DNA of 64,000 nucleotides from Octopus sinensis (lineage: Eukaryota). Made by a program: the position numbers and the translations under genes. The DNA lies in contig NC_043010.1 of the NCBI RefSeq assembly GCF_006345805.1, forward strand, positions 7,378,001-7,442,000. The letters are read 5' to 3'. Positions 26,455 to 40,022 of this stretch are shown piece after piece. The notes below the pieces were generated by a model that was not told where the DNA came from, did not search any database, and saw nothing but the letters and a program-made list of their open reading frames with translations. How positions within the stretch are numbered: the first letter of the stretch is position 1; every line of letters begins with the position of its first letter.

Positions 26455-29400
26455 GTGCAGCACATGTATCATCATTAAACATCATAACATATCTTTTACT
26501 TCTTTCAGTCATTTGACTGCGGCCATGCTGGAGCACTGCCTTTTTGTCGAGCAAATCAACCCCGGGACTTATTCTTTGTAAGCCCAGTACTTATTCTATC
26601 GGTCTCTTTTGCCGAACCGCTAAGTAACGGGGACGTAAACGCACCAGCATCGGTTGTCAAGCAATGCTAGGGGGACAAACACAGACACACAAACACATAC
26701 ACACACACTTATATTTATATATATACATATATACGACAGGCTTCTTTCAGTTTCCGTCTACCAAATCCACTCACAAGGCTTTGGTCAGCCCGGGGCTATA
26801 GCAGAAGACACTTGCCCAAGATGCCACGCAGTGGGACTGAACCCGAAACCATGTGGTTGGTTAGCAAGCTACTTACCACACAGCCACTCCTGCGCCTATA
26901 TATATAAAACAGATTTCTTGATGAAATGTCAGTCATTTATATAGTTTTTTTCCAGAAGAATAGTCAATAGATATACACTTGATTGACAGAATTCAGTGTG
27001 ATAAAAGAAAGAATGCGTGATTCAAAATATCTACACTAGAATAAGAATTATTTAAATTTTTCAATTGTCTTTTAATTTGGATATATTTTATCTTTGAAAA
27101 TGGGAATGTTTATAGTCATACAAAATTATCGAAGCATATATCGAAAAGCGAAATAAATGAAGAAATATAATCTATAGAAATGTTTATTTCCTTCAAATTT
27201 ATATTTTCCATTCAACAATAGTTTTAATGAAAGAAAATAAATAAATAACCAACTACTTCTATAATTCTTTTTTTGACATCTTGAAATAATTGATATTTCT
27301 AATGCATAGGCTTCTACAAATGTCCTGAACTCATTTGTCTCGTTTTAGGATTTTCTGCTTGTTTGTTCAACATCTGTTTTTCCATGCATGCATGGGTTGG
27401 ATGAATATGTCTTGAGGCATTGTTTTTAAGTCCAACGTTCTTCGTGTAACTAACCCTACCTCGCCTGTCTTTTAAATAATGGATTGTTTTTATTCCTCTT
27501 GTCTTTAACAAAATAGAACTACAGGACGATTTCTTAACAGGAAATGCCAACGTAATGTCACCATCTTTTGCTCAATACTTTTCATGAACATGGAATTTAA
27601 ACATTCCCAAAGATTCTCACATTCACACAAACGTATAACACATACACACATTTATATATATTTGTGTATATATATAAATATAAATATATACACATATATA
27701 TATTTCTGAACATATATATATTTCCGTACATATATATATTTCTTTACTACCCACAAGGGGCTAAACACAGAGGAGACAAACAAGGACAGACAAAGAGATT
27801 AAGTCGATTATATCGACCCCAGTGCGTAACTGGTACTTAATTTATCGACCCCGGAAGGATGAAAAGCAAAGTCGACCTTGGCGGAATTTGAACTGGGAAC
27901 GTAATGGCAGACGAAATACGGCAACGCATTTCGCCCGGCGTGCTAACGTTTCTGCCAGCTCACCGCCTTATATGTACATATATGTACATATATATGTGTG
28001 TGTGTGTGTGTGTGTGTTCATGATATGTGTATGTGAGTGATGTGTGTGTGTGTGCATGCGTGTGTATGTGTGTACATATATACATATACTCTTTACTCTT
28101 TTTACTCTTTTACTTGTTTCAGTCATTTGACTGCGGCCATGCTGGAGCACTACCTTTAGTCGAGCAAATCGACCCCAGGACTTATTCTTTGTAAGCCTAG
28201 TACTTATTCTATTGGTCTCTTTTGCTGAATCGCTAATTTACAGGGGACGTAAACACACCAGCATCGGTTGTCAAGCGATGTTGGGGGGACAAACACAGAC
28301 ACACAAACATATACACACACACATACATATATACATATATACGACGGGCTTCTTTCAGTTTTCGTCTACCAAATCTACTCACAAGGTTTTGGTCAGCCCG
28401 AGGCTATAGTAGAAGCCTATAGACAGACAGACAGACAGACAGATAGATAGACAGATATACATATACATATACACATATACATTACAAGTTTCCATACACT
28501 CTCCATCTGTCAGTTTCACTCACTAAGCACAAATCAATTTGAGGCTTCAGTAGAAGGCACTAAAGCAGACTGTATCCATGTAGCTATGCATGTACTAATA
28601 TACAGATTAAGTTCTAGATTAAAAAATAATTAGCTAAGAATTCTAATTTGTTGCAGTGCAACATTTATTCACCCTCATAGATTTCTCAAGAGCAGCTGTA
28701 TAAACATATGACCTTAATTTTTCTAATCCTAACTCAGCAGTGGTTGCTCAGCCAACAGATTGAAACTCTATTCTGTATAAATATCTCAAAATTCACGTTT
28801 AACCGTTTTAAAGCAGGAAGGATATACTGAACACCAGAGACCTAGATTTATGTAATTGCTGGTTGGTCAAATCTGGAAAGTCTTTGATCATAGGAGTGGC
28901 TGTGTGGTAAGTAGCCTGCTTACGAACCACATGGTTCTGGTTTCAGTCCCATTGCGTGGCATCTTGGGCAAGTGTCTTCTACTATAGCCTCAGGCCGACC
29001 AAAGCCTTGTGAGTGGATTTGGTAGACGGAAACTGAAAGAAGCCCGTCGTATATATGTATATATGTATGTGTGTATATGTTTGTGTGTCTGTGTTTGGCC
29101 CCCCAAAATCGCTTGACAATTGATGCCGGTGTGTTTACGTCCCTGTAACTTAGCAGTGCGGCAAAAGAGACCAATAGAATAAGTACTAGGCTTACAAAGA
29201 ATAAGTCTGGGGGCGATTTGCTCGACTAAAGGCAGTGCTCCAGCATGGCCACAGTCACATGACTGAAACAAGTAAAAGAGTAAAAGAGTATAAGCGTGCT
29301 TGATCTGGGTTGACCTGAGGTTAAGCAACAATAACAGCAACAATAAATAAGATTTGAAACTAATGAAATCATCTCACATGGTTATTCATCTAACAGTAAA

Positions 29401-30389
29401 TAGCAGCCAAAATCTTTCACAAATCACATCACACAATGCTTTCTCTCATATATATGTGTGTGTGTGTGTGTGTCGCTGTGTCTGCATTTATCCCACTCCC
29501 TGTCCCCTACTTGACAACTAGTGTTGGTTTGTTTACATTCTCTTGACTTAGTGGTTCAGCAAAAAAAGTTGGCAAAATAAGTGCCAGATTTAAAAATAAG
29601 TACCGGGATCGTTTTATTTGACTAAAACCCTTCAAGGCAGTGCCCCAGCATGGAACATTACAATGATTGAATGGCTTAAACAGCAATGCCCAAAGTACCA
29701 TGCAGTGGAACTGAACTTATAACCATGTGATTATTAAAGTGAAGCTTTTAACCACAACTATCCATGCCAAATTTTATTTTTGTATTATCAGTTCTTCCAA
29801 TTCTTATGTTTCGTTTCAGCTCTCATCAGGTAATAATTTTCCTGTAATCTATATTATTTTTTTCTGCATTGTCAATATTACATAATTATTGTACCATATG
29901 TATTCCAGTTGTAGAATAGACACACTGTGTTCATGTCAATGTCTCTTCTGAGGCTGCATAAGGAAACTATAAAGAAGGCCAATCTAGCAGCAAAACCTGT
30001 CCAACTCATGCTAGTACAGGAAAATTAAATATAAAATGATAATGGTGGTAGTGATGGTAGTGGCTGTGTTGGTGGTGGTGGTGGTGATGATAATAGCAGC
30101 AGCAGCAGTGGAGAAGGTGGTGGTGTTCTTAATGTTACATAATTACATTTTCAAAGCTGATAGTAACCAACCATACATTAATGGCTATAGATGGCAATGA
30201 CCTGTTGTGATTCACCTGTTAAGACAATACACTTTATATACATAGTTTAAAGGTTATTCCTTGCTTGAAAGATCATGTTTATAATTTACCATTGACACTG
30301 CTAATTATGTCCAATAACACGCAATGACCTGCTTCACACTTCATTTCTATCTTGATAATATATTCACACAATATACTAAATTTCTTTTA

Positions 30390-31943
30390 TATTGTGTTGA
30401 GTCAAAAGTTTTGCAATATTTTGGTACCTTATTTGCTTTATTTGTCAAGTTACAGCAAAAGCAGCCTAGCATTCAAAGTAGAGGCTATTATGGTGCACCC
30501 TCTGAAACCACCTTTCTGCCAGTTCTTTGATCTTATGCTGATACAAGTTCTTGTCTTTCAAGGCAAAGAATTCCTTCACTGAACCTTCCACCTACTCTTG
30601 GTTGATGAGGTGTTGTGATTGCAGGTAGTGTACCATATATCAGAACAAATAATATTCTGAGGGAGCTAGGTTCGGACTATATGCTGGATGTGGCATCAGT
30701 TCACTTCCCTCAAATTCCTGGTGTCTATTCTGAGTTCTTCAAATGGCATGAGGTCTTGTGTTGTCTTGCTGCAGAAGGGTTCAACTTCTGTTAACCAAAT
30801 GCTGGCTATCTTTGAAAGACAATGGCATACATCTGTGAGATGCTGAATTCGTCTGATACTCTGTGACCGCTACTTGCAAGATTTGCCTCTATGACTTAAA
30901 GCACAACTTTAGAGCCCACAGATTTAGGTCTACCTGACCTTACCTTTAGACAACAGGTCATTGCCATCTATAGCCATTAAAGTATATTTGGTTGCTATCA
31001 GTTTTGAAAATGTAATTATGTAGCATTAAGAACACCACCACCATCATCACCATCATTATCATTTTCCTTTTCTTTTTACTTTTTACTTGTTTCAGTCATT
31101 TGACTGCGGCCATGCTGGAGCACCACCTTTAGTCGAGCAAATCGACCCCAGGACTTATTCTTTGTGAGCCTAGTACTTATTCTATTGGTCTCTTTTGCCG
31201 AACCACTAAGTTACAGGGACGTAAGCACACCAGCATCGGTTGTCAAGCGATGTTGGGAGGACAAACACAGACACACACACACATACATATATATACATAT
31301 ATATGGCAGGCTTCTTTCAGTTTCTGTCTACCAAATACACTCACAATGCTTTGGTCAGCCCGAGGCACTAGTAGAAGACACTTGCCCAAGGTGCCACGCA
31401 GTGGGACCGAACCCAGAACCATGTGGTTGGTAAGCAAGCTACTTACCACACAGCCACTCCTTGCTCTTTGAAGCAAAGAACTTCTTCACTGAAACTTAAT
31501 TTTCCTGTACAGTCATGAGTTAGACAGGTTTTGCTGCTAGATTTGTCTTCCTTATAGTTTCCTTATAAAGTTTTAGTTCTATCTGATTGTTGAGATTCTT
31601 GTCAACCAAGCAGAATTCTTTGAACCATTTGGTTACTGTACTGTGATCAACTGCAACTTCACCTTTCACGCAGCAAATGTTTTTGGTTGCTTCCAATGAA
31701 TTACAGCCCAGTTTGAGCTTGTAAAGCATAAGTTCCTGAATTAAACTACACTGCATGTTCATCTGTGCAGCTTTCAAAATCACATACAGAGTGAAGTAAT
31801 GCACACCGTGTCAGCAAACCTACTACCATGATACTACCAACCTCAGTGGATACCTTCTCTGGCTTGGACTGCTTTGGTCACATGATGTATGTCACAAACT
31901 AGCAGGTATGAAAATATTGCAAAACTTTTGACTCACCACAATG
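30390..31943 (-). mobile_element. Mariner fossil with nested SINE
   Basis: ~40-bp TIRs (TTGTG.TGAGTCAAAAGTTTTGCAATATTTT), TA TSD. LIQELMLYKLKLGCNSLEATKNICCVKGE, QQDNTRPH and HPAYSPNLAPSEYYLF. Confidence 0.88.
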
Positions 31944-32067
31944 TAAAAAAATAAGGATTGTTTGAAACATATTTTTAACTCTTAAAGGTAAAAACTGTAA
32001 GAGAATATTTTAAAATATATGTCGTGTGTGTGTGTGTACACATATAAATGTACTATATGTGTGTATA

Positions 32068-32140
<73 letters not shown>

Positions 32141-32171
32141 TGTGTATGTGTATGTATATATATATATGTAT

Positions 32172-32203
<32 letters not shown>

Positions 32204-32242
32204 GTATGTATGTACATATGTAATATAAATAATATATATTTG

Positions 32243-32270
<28 letters not shown>

Positions 32271-32275
<5 letters not shown>

Positions 32276-32466
32276 ATATTAATTAGAGACAAAACCACTA
32301 TTATGCAAATCAAACAAAGAAAGATTTAATCCAATACATAAAAAATTTTATATAAATTAAATTTATTTTATTTTATTTAATTTATATAAAATTTTTTATG
32401 TATTGGATTAAGTCTTTCTTTGTTTGATTTGCATAATAGTGGTTTTGTCTCTAATTAATATTATAT
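32271..32466. repeat. Near-perfect palindrome (92-bp arms, 12-bp loop, 1 mismatch)
   Basis: 32271-32362 versus 32375-32466, read directly. Confidence 0.95.
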
Positions 32467-32544
32467 AATATTTTACTATAAAATTGGATTCAATCATAAA
32501 TCTGATTTTTCCCTGTAAATTTGGATTTATTCCCTAATATTTAT

Positions 32545-32587
<43 letters not shown>

Positions 32588-32625
32588 ATATATATGTTTG
32601 TATATATGGACATATGTAATATAAA

Positions 32626-32681
<56 letters not shown>

Positions 32682-32815
32682 TCATTGATAGGTAACAATC
32701 GAGAGAAATATTTATTCAATACAACTGACATTTATTTTAGCCGATTCATCAGCCTAATACAGTGGAGCATTTGTGTTATTCTGTGTTTCTTTTTTTCTCT
32801 GCCTAAATTAACAAG

Positions 32816-32898
32816 TCATTGGACTGGCTTGCTGCATAAAACTTAATAGCAAAGTGGATACAAAGCATGCAAGATGCAATAGAATACACAAATAAATT
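32816..32898 (+). pseudogene. Exon with one TAA, phase 0>2
   Basis: SLDWLAA*NLIAKWIQSMQDAIEYTNK, TAA at 32837; donor GTAATT; phase-compatible with 35077. Confidence 0.45.
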
Positions 32899-33470
32899 GT
32901 AATTAAAAATGAAAGGCAGTGCTGAGTGAGTTTGATTTTTAGCAGTTCAGTGATAATTCCAGGCAAGTTTTGATTTTTTTTTTTAGACCTTTTCAAGAAG
33001 CATAATATAAATGTTAATGTAAATATTTAGTGACTCGAGAAGTATACAGGATTTTTATGAATGAATGCAGAGAGATATAATAACTTAAAAAGAATAACCT
33101 GGCAGGAAATACTCAGATGTTTGCAGAAAACTTAAAAGCTTGCTAACACATACAATAGTATGTATTAGCAAACTTGATGCACTTAGCCAAGAAATTTTTA
33201 TCATTTAAAACTACATCAAAAATGGTGGGAGCAGTCATTACCTAAATGACTAATACTAATTAAAATATATATATATATAAAAAAAAGCAAATGCAGGAGA
33301 GACAACCCCAAAATTTGAATTATTTAAAATTAAAATACATGAGTTTGGTAAAACAAATTGGAGAAAGGAGCAACAGAATAGAATACATGAGGGTATATAC
33401 TTCTATAAAAAAAATTAAAATGTGTATATATGTATGCATACACACACACACACACACACACACAAGTATA

Positions 33471-33516
<46 letters not shown>

Positions 33517-33589
33517 TATACATTTATATTTAACATACATTTCCTATTAATAGTTCACTGAATGTATATATGTGTGATTATATATACAC

Positions 33590-34070
<481 letters not shown>

Positions 34071-34575
34071 TATGAGTGTTAGCATGTGCATTTGTCTGTT
34101 TGTGCATTTGAAGTCATAAAGCAGGATATGAAAGCATCCTGAACATGAAAAATATACTTACCTAGTAAATTTATGTATCTACACTACATCGTCTGTGTCG
34201 CTGTTGAGATTTCTACGATGTCTAATGTGTCAATGGTAATTGCTTCACTTCCACAAATAGCCCACATATCTTGGAAACAAGATCCTTCACATATCTTTAA
34301 AGGATATTAAAATATTACAGTGTCACCAGATTAAAAAAAAATTATTTTAAGTAGAATTCTAAAACTGATTATAAGTAAGTATTGCATGTAAACTCCAGTA
34401 ATAAAGGTAAAAAATGAAAATGAGCCTTAACTCAGAGAAATCAGTGCATGAGGATGTTGGATCAATCTACCATTTGATTCAATGAGGATTAGTAAGATGC
34501 TCAATCAAGTGAACTACCAACTCATTGAATTAACATGTAAATAGTTGAGTATTCCACAGTCACGGCTACATTTAA

Positions 34576-35009
34576 CCTTTTAGCATTTAATCCAACCATA
34601 TCCAGCTCAGATATTCTACCTGTTTTATGTTTAAACTGCCTCTTACACTAGCCTACAATGTTTATTCTAAAAATATACAGTCACATCATTAAAATTTCAG
34701 GGTTACAAGGTAATGCTTGATTAACCCTTTCGTTACTGTATTTATTTTGAGATGCTCTGTTTTCTTTTAATTAATTTTAAATATAACAAAGGATTTAGTA
34801 AAATAACTTAATTATCATTAAGCCGGTGTTAAGAACATAAATTGTGACTAAGGTTTGGTGGAAGATTTTAATTCAAAACTTAAGAAAACAAGACATTTGT
34901 ACTACAGAGCCAGAGCCGGTTTCAGCCAGGTTAGTATCGAAAGGGTTAATTCAAAACAATGTGAATAAAGAAGCATTACATTTGACAGAGTAATCTGAAT
35001 GCTAAAGGG
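34576..35009. mobile_element. piggyBac-type MITE with a second piggyBac MITE (34725..34945) nested at its TTAA
   Basis: Inner element TTAA|CCCTTT...AAAGGG|TTAA, 221 bp. The outer element is collinear with uninterrupted copies at ~40736-40960 and ~42643-42866. Confidence 0.85.
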
Positions 35010-35076
35010 TCAAGGTAATTTTGGGGCTAAATTAGTGTGACACAATATGGAACAAGACAAAATTTTTTAATTACAG

Positions 35077-35139
35077 GTACATTCCACCTGATGAGATTCC
35101 TCCCCGTTTCTGTTTCTGTCTGTGCGATACTGTTCTCAA
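35077..35139 (+). pseudogene. Open exon, phase 2>2
   Basis: Acceptor AATTTTTTAATTACAG, donor GTATGA. YIPPDEIPPRFCFCLCDTVL; the phase-1 frame is also open. Confidence 0.6.
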
Positions 35140-36067
35140 GTATGAGTCAAACTGAGGCTACAGTCCAAAATTCCACAAACATTATAATTGTGAAGCAATC
35201 TTTTTAAGCTTTTAGTCATGCTTAACATCTACTTGGATAACTGTGAATTTTGGTAAGAAAAAGAATAAAAAATGAATTTCACAGAATGGTATCTAACAAA
35301 CCAATGTTCCTTGTTGAATACTACAAATACGAGTGGTGAATCAGCAGAGTCAATAGAGAGCTGGACAGAATATTTTGAGGGTTTTGTTCCAACATTCAGT
35401 GCGCTGAGTTAAATACCCACTGAGATCAACTTTGCCTTTTATCCTTTTAGGGTTAATAAAGAAATGTGAACTGACAGAATTGTTAGAGTGCTTGACAGGT
35501 TGCCTGTATCTGATCTGTTCTGGCTCTGTGGATTCTAAGCTGAAAATCTAACCCCACCACTGCAAAAACATTAACACTTCTTCTGTCAGGTGTTTTAATC
35601 AACAGATAATAACTGCAACATAAAAAATTCAGGTAAACATTTCCTTGTTTTGATTTGAAGATTGATTGCCACTACCACCCGGCTGCTGCCACCACCAGCA
35701 CCATCACCACCACCACCAACACTACCAAGAGTGAGGGCCAGAAAATGAAATATGCCAATCTGCATAACTTCCATCATTTATCTCTTAATTATCTCACAGT
35801 TATGAGAATTAATTTTTCAGTCAGCTACATGCTATTAAATTTAAAATTTAAAATTTAAAACTGATGACAGCACTGAAGGACTTTGAAACTTTTTAATAAA
35901 AAATAGCTTTGGTATAAATATACACAAATATACATGCATATCCACAACATTTGTTTAAATCAATATTGAAGATATAAATCATATAAGTCAATTGTTTTTG
36001 GTTCATTTTTGTGTCTTTCACTTGATAATTTTTCTTATCAAATTGGGTTTTTTTTATTTTCATACAG

Positions 36068-36176
36068 GGTCCATATATGAGAAGGAAATTTATCTATCGT
36101 TGAAAATCCCTTTAGTGGAGATACTCTTCATTGAACAAATGGATGGTCACAAATACCAAAGTATTGTGACTTACCA
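36068..36176 (+). pseudogene. Exon; phase-2 frame has two TGA, phase-1 frame is open
   Basis: Very strong acceptor TTTTTTTATTTTCATACAG. Reads VHI*EGNLSIVENPFSGDTLH*TNGWSQIPKYCDLP (TGA 36078, 36132) or SIYEKEIYLSLKIPLVEILFIEQMDGHKYQSIVTY. Confidence 0.5.
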
Positions 36177-36929
36177 GTAAACCATCAGATTGATTTAACA
36201 CCAAGAAGAGTCAAATATGTATGTAATGGTTGTTAATAAATAACGGTAAGTCAATTAGTGTAGTAGTAATTTGAATATCAGTTCATTATAAAACAATGTC
36301 AAATATGATTAATTACATTTTTTTTTAACAAGCAAAACATCAAATTTCTGAAAATTAGAAAATGTTAAATACTTGAAAAGTTTAAATTTTATAAAATGGA
36401 CAATGATTCAAACATTTTTTTACAAGTTTTTTTAGTTATTTAAATAAATCTATATTGAAGCCTGCACATGTCAATCTTTTTCTTTCCTTTTCTTTTTGTT
36501 TTTTTCTTTAGTGCATTTCCAATTTTGAGTAGAATTTATAATTGATAACTTGTAGAAATTTTGGACAATTTCTTTTCTAATATTTCTTTTTCTTCTTTCT
36601 TTGTTTTTTTTTCTTTTTTGCCTGTTGAAGATTTATAATTTATTTTTAGACTTCCCTAATATACATTTCAAAACAGATTCTCTAGAACTTTTTTCTTAAT
36701 GTTAAAATGGTTGAAAAACATTTTCTTATTTTCAATAAGAAACAGAATACATAATGAATGGGTTGTTAAATTGTATAGTTATATAATGTTTTTAGGTAGA
36801 TTTGTTGGAATCAGGTCTCTAATTACATGAAAATAATGTGTTTTTTTTTGTCTTAAAGTCTGCTGAATATTCAAAATATTTTTATCATTGTTACCTGAAT
36901 ATTTTCTTGCTAGTGCAAGTCTAAGAAGT

Positions 36930-37203
36930 CTAGGAATATGGTAGCTTTGGTATCGCTGGTAAAGGTTTACTGTAGGTGGTGAAACTGTTCTTGACTGGTA
37001 AACTCCGAGACTGGGCTGCTAATTCAGAATTCCGGCAAAGGGCCTGGGCAGATTTTAAATTAATTATATCATTACAGTGAGTGTCAGTATCCAGTTTGTT
37101 AGCATGTTGAGAAGAAATGCTTAAATTCTTTTTCCCACTAAATATTTGAGGCAAAGTCCTTCTGTCGAGACTTTGGTTCATTCCAGGTCGACAAGTCTTA
37201 AGG
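36930..37203 (-). CDS. Candidate terminal exon of a minus-strand gene
   Basis: Strong minus acceptor CTTTTGTTTTTGCTTTTGTTTTCTACAG followed by ~90 open codons: LKTCRPGMNQSLDRRTLPQ...TYSKPLPAIPKLPYS*. No upstream minus-strand exons found. Confidence 0.3.
36976..37076 (+). pseudogene. Possible exon, phase 0>2; overlaps an antisense ORF
   Basis: VVKLFLTGKLRDWAANSEFRQRAWADFKLIISL, donor GTGAGT, only a moderate acceptor. Competes with the minus-strand ORF 36930..37203. Confidence 0.35.
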
Positions 37204-38037
37204 CCTGTAGAAAACAAAAGCAAAAACAAAAGATAGATCAATAAATCTGACTCAAAATAAAAATGAAAAAAATGGAATATTTTAAAAGGTAAAGTGAAAA
37301 TTAAACTCAAGTTCCTTATACAACAGATGATAATTTTAGTGGTTATCTTAATTTTACCATATATTAGTCCAACCCATACCAGCATGGAAAATAGACGTTA
37401 AATGATGATGATAACAACAACGACGACAAGGGTTAAGTAGGGGCTAGTGAAGGAAGTCAACAGGTCTTTTATCTCAAGATAATATTCCTATCATCGAACA
37501 TTTGTCTTGTAAAAAAGACTAATATTTTTTTTAAATAAAAAATCTATCAGTTTCAGGATGGCTTTGGTTCAATTTCAAATCATTTTCTGTTTTATCAAAG
37601 ACTATTGTGTTAATTTGGTAAAAAAAGAAACAATAAGATAAAATAAAAATAGAAAATTTATTCATAACAATCTCAAGTGTTTTTATTCTACAAAGAGTTA
37701 CAAGAAGCTGAAGAAATATTTATTAAATTATTGGCATTTTTTTTTCTCTCAATGGTAAAATAGAAAATTAAGGTTAAGATTAATAAGATTTGGGTGAGCA
37801 AGTATTAGTGATTATAAGTGCACTGTGGAATATTAAAAATAAACTTATGAATTAAGAATAAAAAATGTAGATAGAAATGACATTGTTGGTTCAGTTAAAT
37901 TTCAACAAGTTGGTAAAAGAATATATGTCAAAATATGGATACAGAAAAGACTATGGTTAAGAAGCTTAACTTGTAGCCATGTGGTGTGGGGTTAAATTTT
38001 AATGTGCAGCACTATAGACCATTCTTTTCTATTATAG

Positions 38038-38132
38038 ACCAGGATAGTCATAATAAGGAGAGGATGGGAAAAATTCAGAGTGCTATTACTTCTGCTAGCA
38101 ACAAGGGGAATCTTTCTTTGAGCAAAGGCCAT
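38038..38132 (+). pseudogene. Open exon-like segment, phase 1>0
   Basis: Acceptor CATTCTTTTCTATTATAG, donor GTAAAG. QDSHNKERMGKIQSAITSASNKGNLSLSKGH. Phase does not fit the neighbours I found. Confidence 0.4.
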
Positions 38133-38477
38133 GTAAAGATAGTACAGAAATGAAGCAAGCACCAAATGCCGGAAGTATAATAGTAATATGCCTAAACGAT
38201 GTGGTATAGATGAGATGAGTGACAGAATGGGCATAACTGGAATCTTGTATATATTTCTTTACTACCCACAAGGGGCTAAACACAGAGGGGACAAACAAGG
38301 ACAGACAAAGGGATTAAGTCAATTACATCGACCCCAGTGCGTAACTGGTACTTAATTTATCGACCCCGAAAGGATGAAAGGCAAAGTCGACCTCGGCGGA
38401 ATTTGAACTCAGAACGTACCGGCAGACGAAATACGGCTAGGCATTTCGCCCGGCGTGCTAACGTTTCTGCCAGCTCA

Positions 38478-38730
38478 CCTGGTATAGACCTGTGATGTAT
38501 ATGAATGATGACAGATGGGTAAAGAAGTGCAAGGAGATCCAAGTGGAAGGAATCGGTAGAAAACCAAGGAAGACATGGAGAGAAAAACTGAAAACTGATC
38601 TCAAGAAATTATACCTCATAAAGGAGATGACAAAGAAATACGACAAAGGGCAAAACATAATGCTGGAGAGAGTCTGTCCAACCCATACAAGCATGGAAAA
38701 GCAGATGTAAAAAGGATGAAGAGGATGTTT
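38478..38730 (+). mobile_element. RTE LINE 3' fragment
   Basis: MNDDRWVKKCKEIQVEGIGRKPRKTWREKLKTDL followed by the GTCCAACCCAT..GCATGGAAAA tail. Confidence 0.8.
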
Positions 38731-38751
38731 CTGGTGTATATATAGATACAT

Positions 38752-39059
38752 GTGGAGGCGCAATGGCCCAGTGGTTAGGGCAGCGGACTCGCGGTCGTAG
38801 GATTGCAGTTTCGATTCCCAGACCGGGCGTTGTGAGTGTTTATTGAGCGAAAACACCTAAAAGCTCCACGAGGCTCTGGCAGGGGGTAGTGGCGATCCCT
38901 GCTGTACTCTTTCACCCCTCTTTCTCCTACTCTTTCTTCTGTTGGCCTGCTCGCTTAGCCAGCGGGGTGGCGTCATTCGAAGGCTAAAACAATGCGAATG
39001 CATTGTGACCAACGATGTGTAATTACATCTGATGGACTGGTCGGTCACGTGATCACGTG
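38752..39059 (+). mobile_element. Related SINE with the same head and a different 3' tail
   Basis: Shares the 5' ~190 bp, then GGCCTGCTCGCTTAGCC...GGTCACGTGATCACGTG; 12-bp TSD ATATAGATACAT (38740-51 / 39060-71). Confidence 0.88.
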
Positions 39060-39196
39060 ATATAGATACATATTACATGGTTCTGGGTTCAATCCCAATG
39101 TGTTGCATCTTGGGCATGTCTTCTACTGTAATCCTGGATCAACTAAAGCCTTGTGAGTAGATTGGTTGATGGAAAATAAAAGAATCTCATCATATA

Positions 39197-39540
39197 TATG
39201 AGCTGCATTCAAAAAGTATCTGTCTTTATTTTTTCTCGCCAAAACTAATGCTGCATGGACGAAATCGTTTGAGTGGGAGGTAACATCACCCATCTTGGTT
39301 ATGTGTGAAAATTTTCATGCTGGGTGGCTATATCAGTTCCTGGAGTAACAACTCCTAGAGTACAGACATGTTGTGTGCATTCATCGGATTTTCGTTTTCA
39401 CTCAAGATGACCAACCGCATCAAGCAGAGATTATAAACCCATGTCACCTCCCCAGTGATCACGATCTTCATGAAATCTGTGCCCTCTGTATATATCGATC
39501 AGTTGTTCATACGTCCAAAAGGAAATTCTTTTGAACAGTA
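39197..39540 (+). mobile_element. Probable mariner-derived MITE
   Basis: TATGAGCTGCATTCAAAAAGTATC terminus and ATGACCAACCGCATCAAGCAGAGA, resembling a mariner transposase start (from memory). Confidence 0.4.
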
Positions 39541-39603
39541 ATATTTAATGTAGTTGTTGGTTATGGCTGGTTACCATTGGTTTTGTGTCTATTATGCTTT
39601 TAG

Positions 39604-39886
39604 CAATATAGGTGACACATCAACTCTGCTAGAAGAGGCACATAACCTTTATACTAATGGAGTTAAGATTACAGTTTTGGTCAGCCAGGGTTGAAAAACA
39701 AAACACCCTGAAACAAAATTCTTTGAAGTTGGAGATATTTCTCTTTGACCAGTTCCAATTCTGTCTGAAAAGCATTACTTTATGTACGATTTCCATTCAC
39801 TAGTGAACAAGTGGGGAATTCCATGCCTTCAACATGAATTTTCTCTCATGAGAACACTAACCCAATACATGATTTTTGGAATTTAA
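39604..39886 (+). pseudogene. Long exon with two TGA, phase 2 start; donor uncertain
   Basis: 93 codons: NIGDTSTLLEEAHNLYTNGVKITVLVSQG*KTKHPETKFFEVGDISL*PVPILSEKHYFMYDFHSLVNKWGIPCLQHEFS..., TGA at 39692 and 39746. Confidence 0.6.
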
Positions 39887-39944
39887 GAAAGCCCCTGGGT
39901 CAAGTGAAATTTTAAGATCCTTGGACTCTTGGCCAATCTTTTTT

Positions 39945-40022
<78 letters not shown>

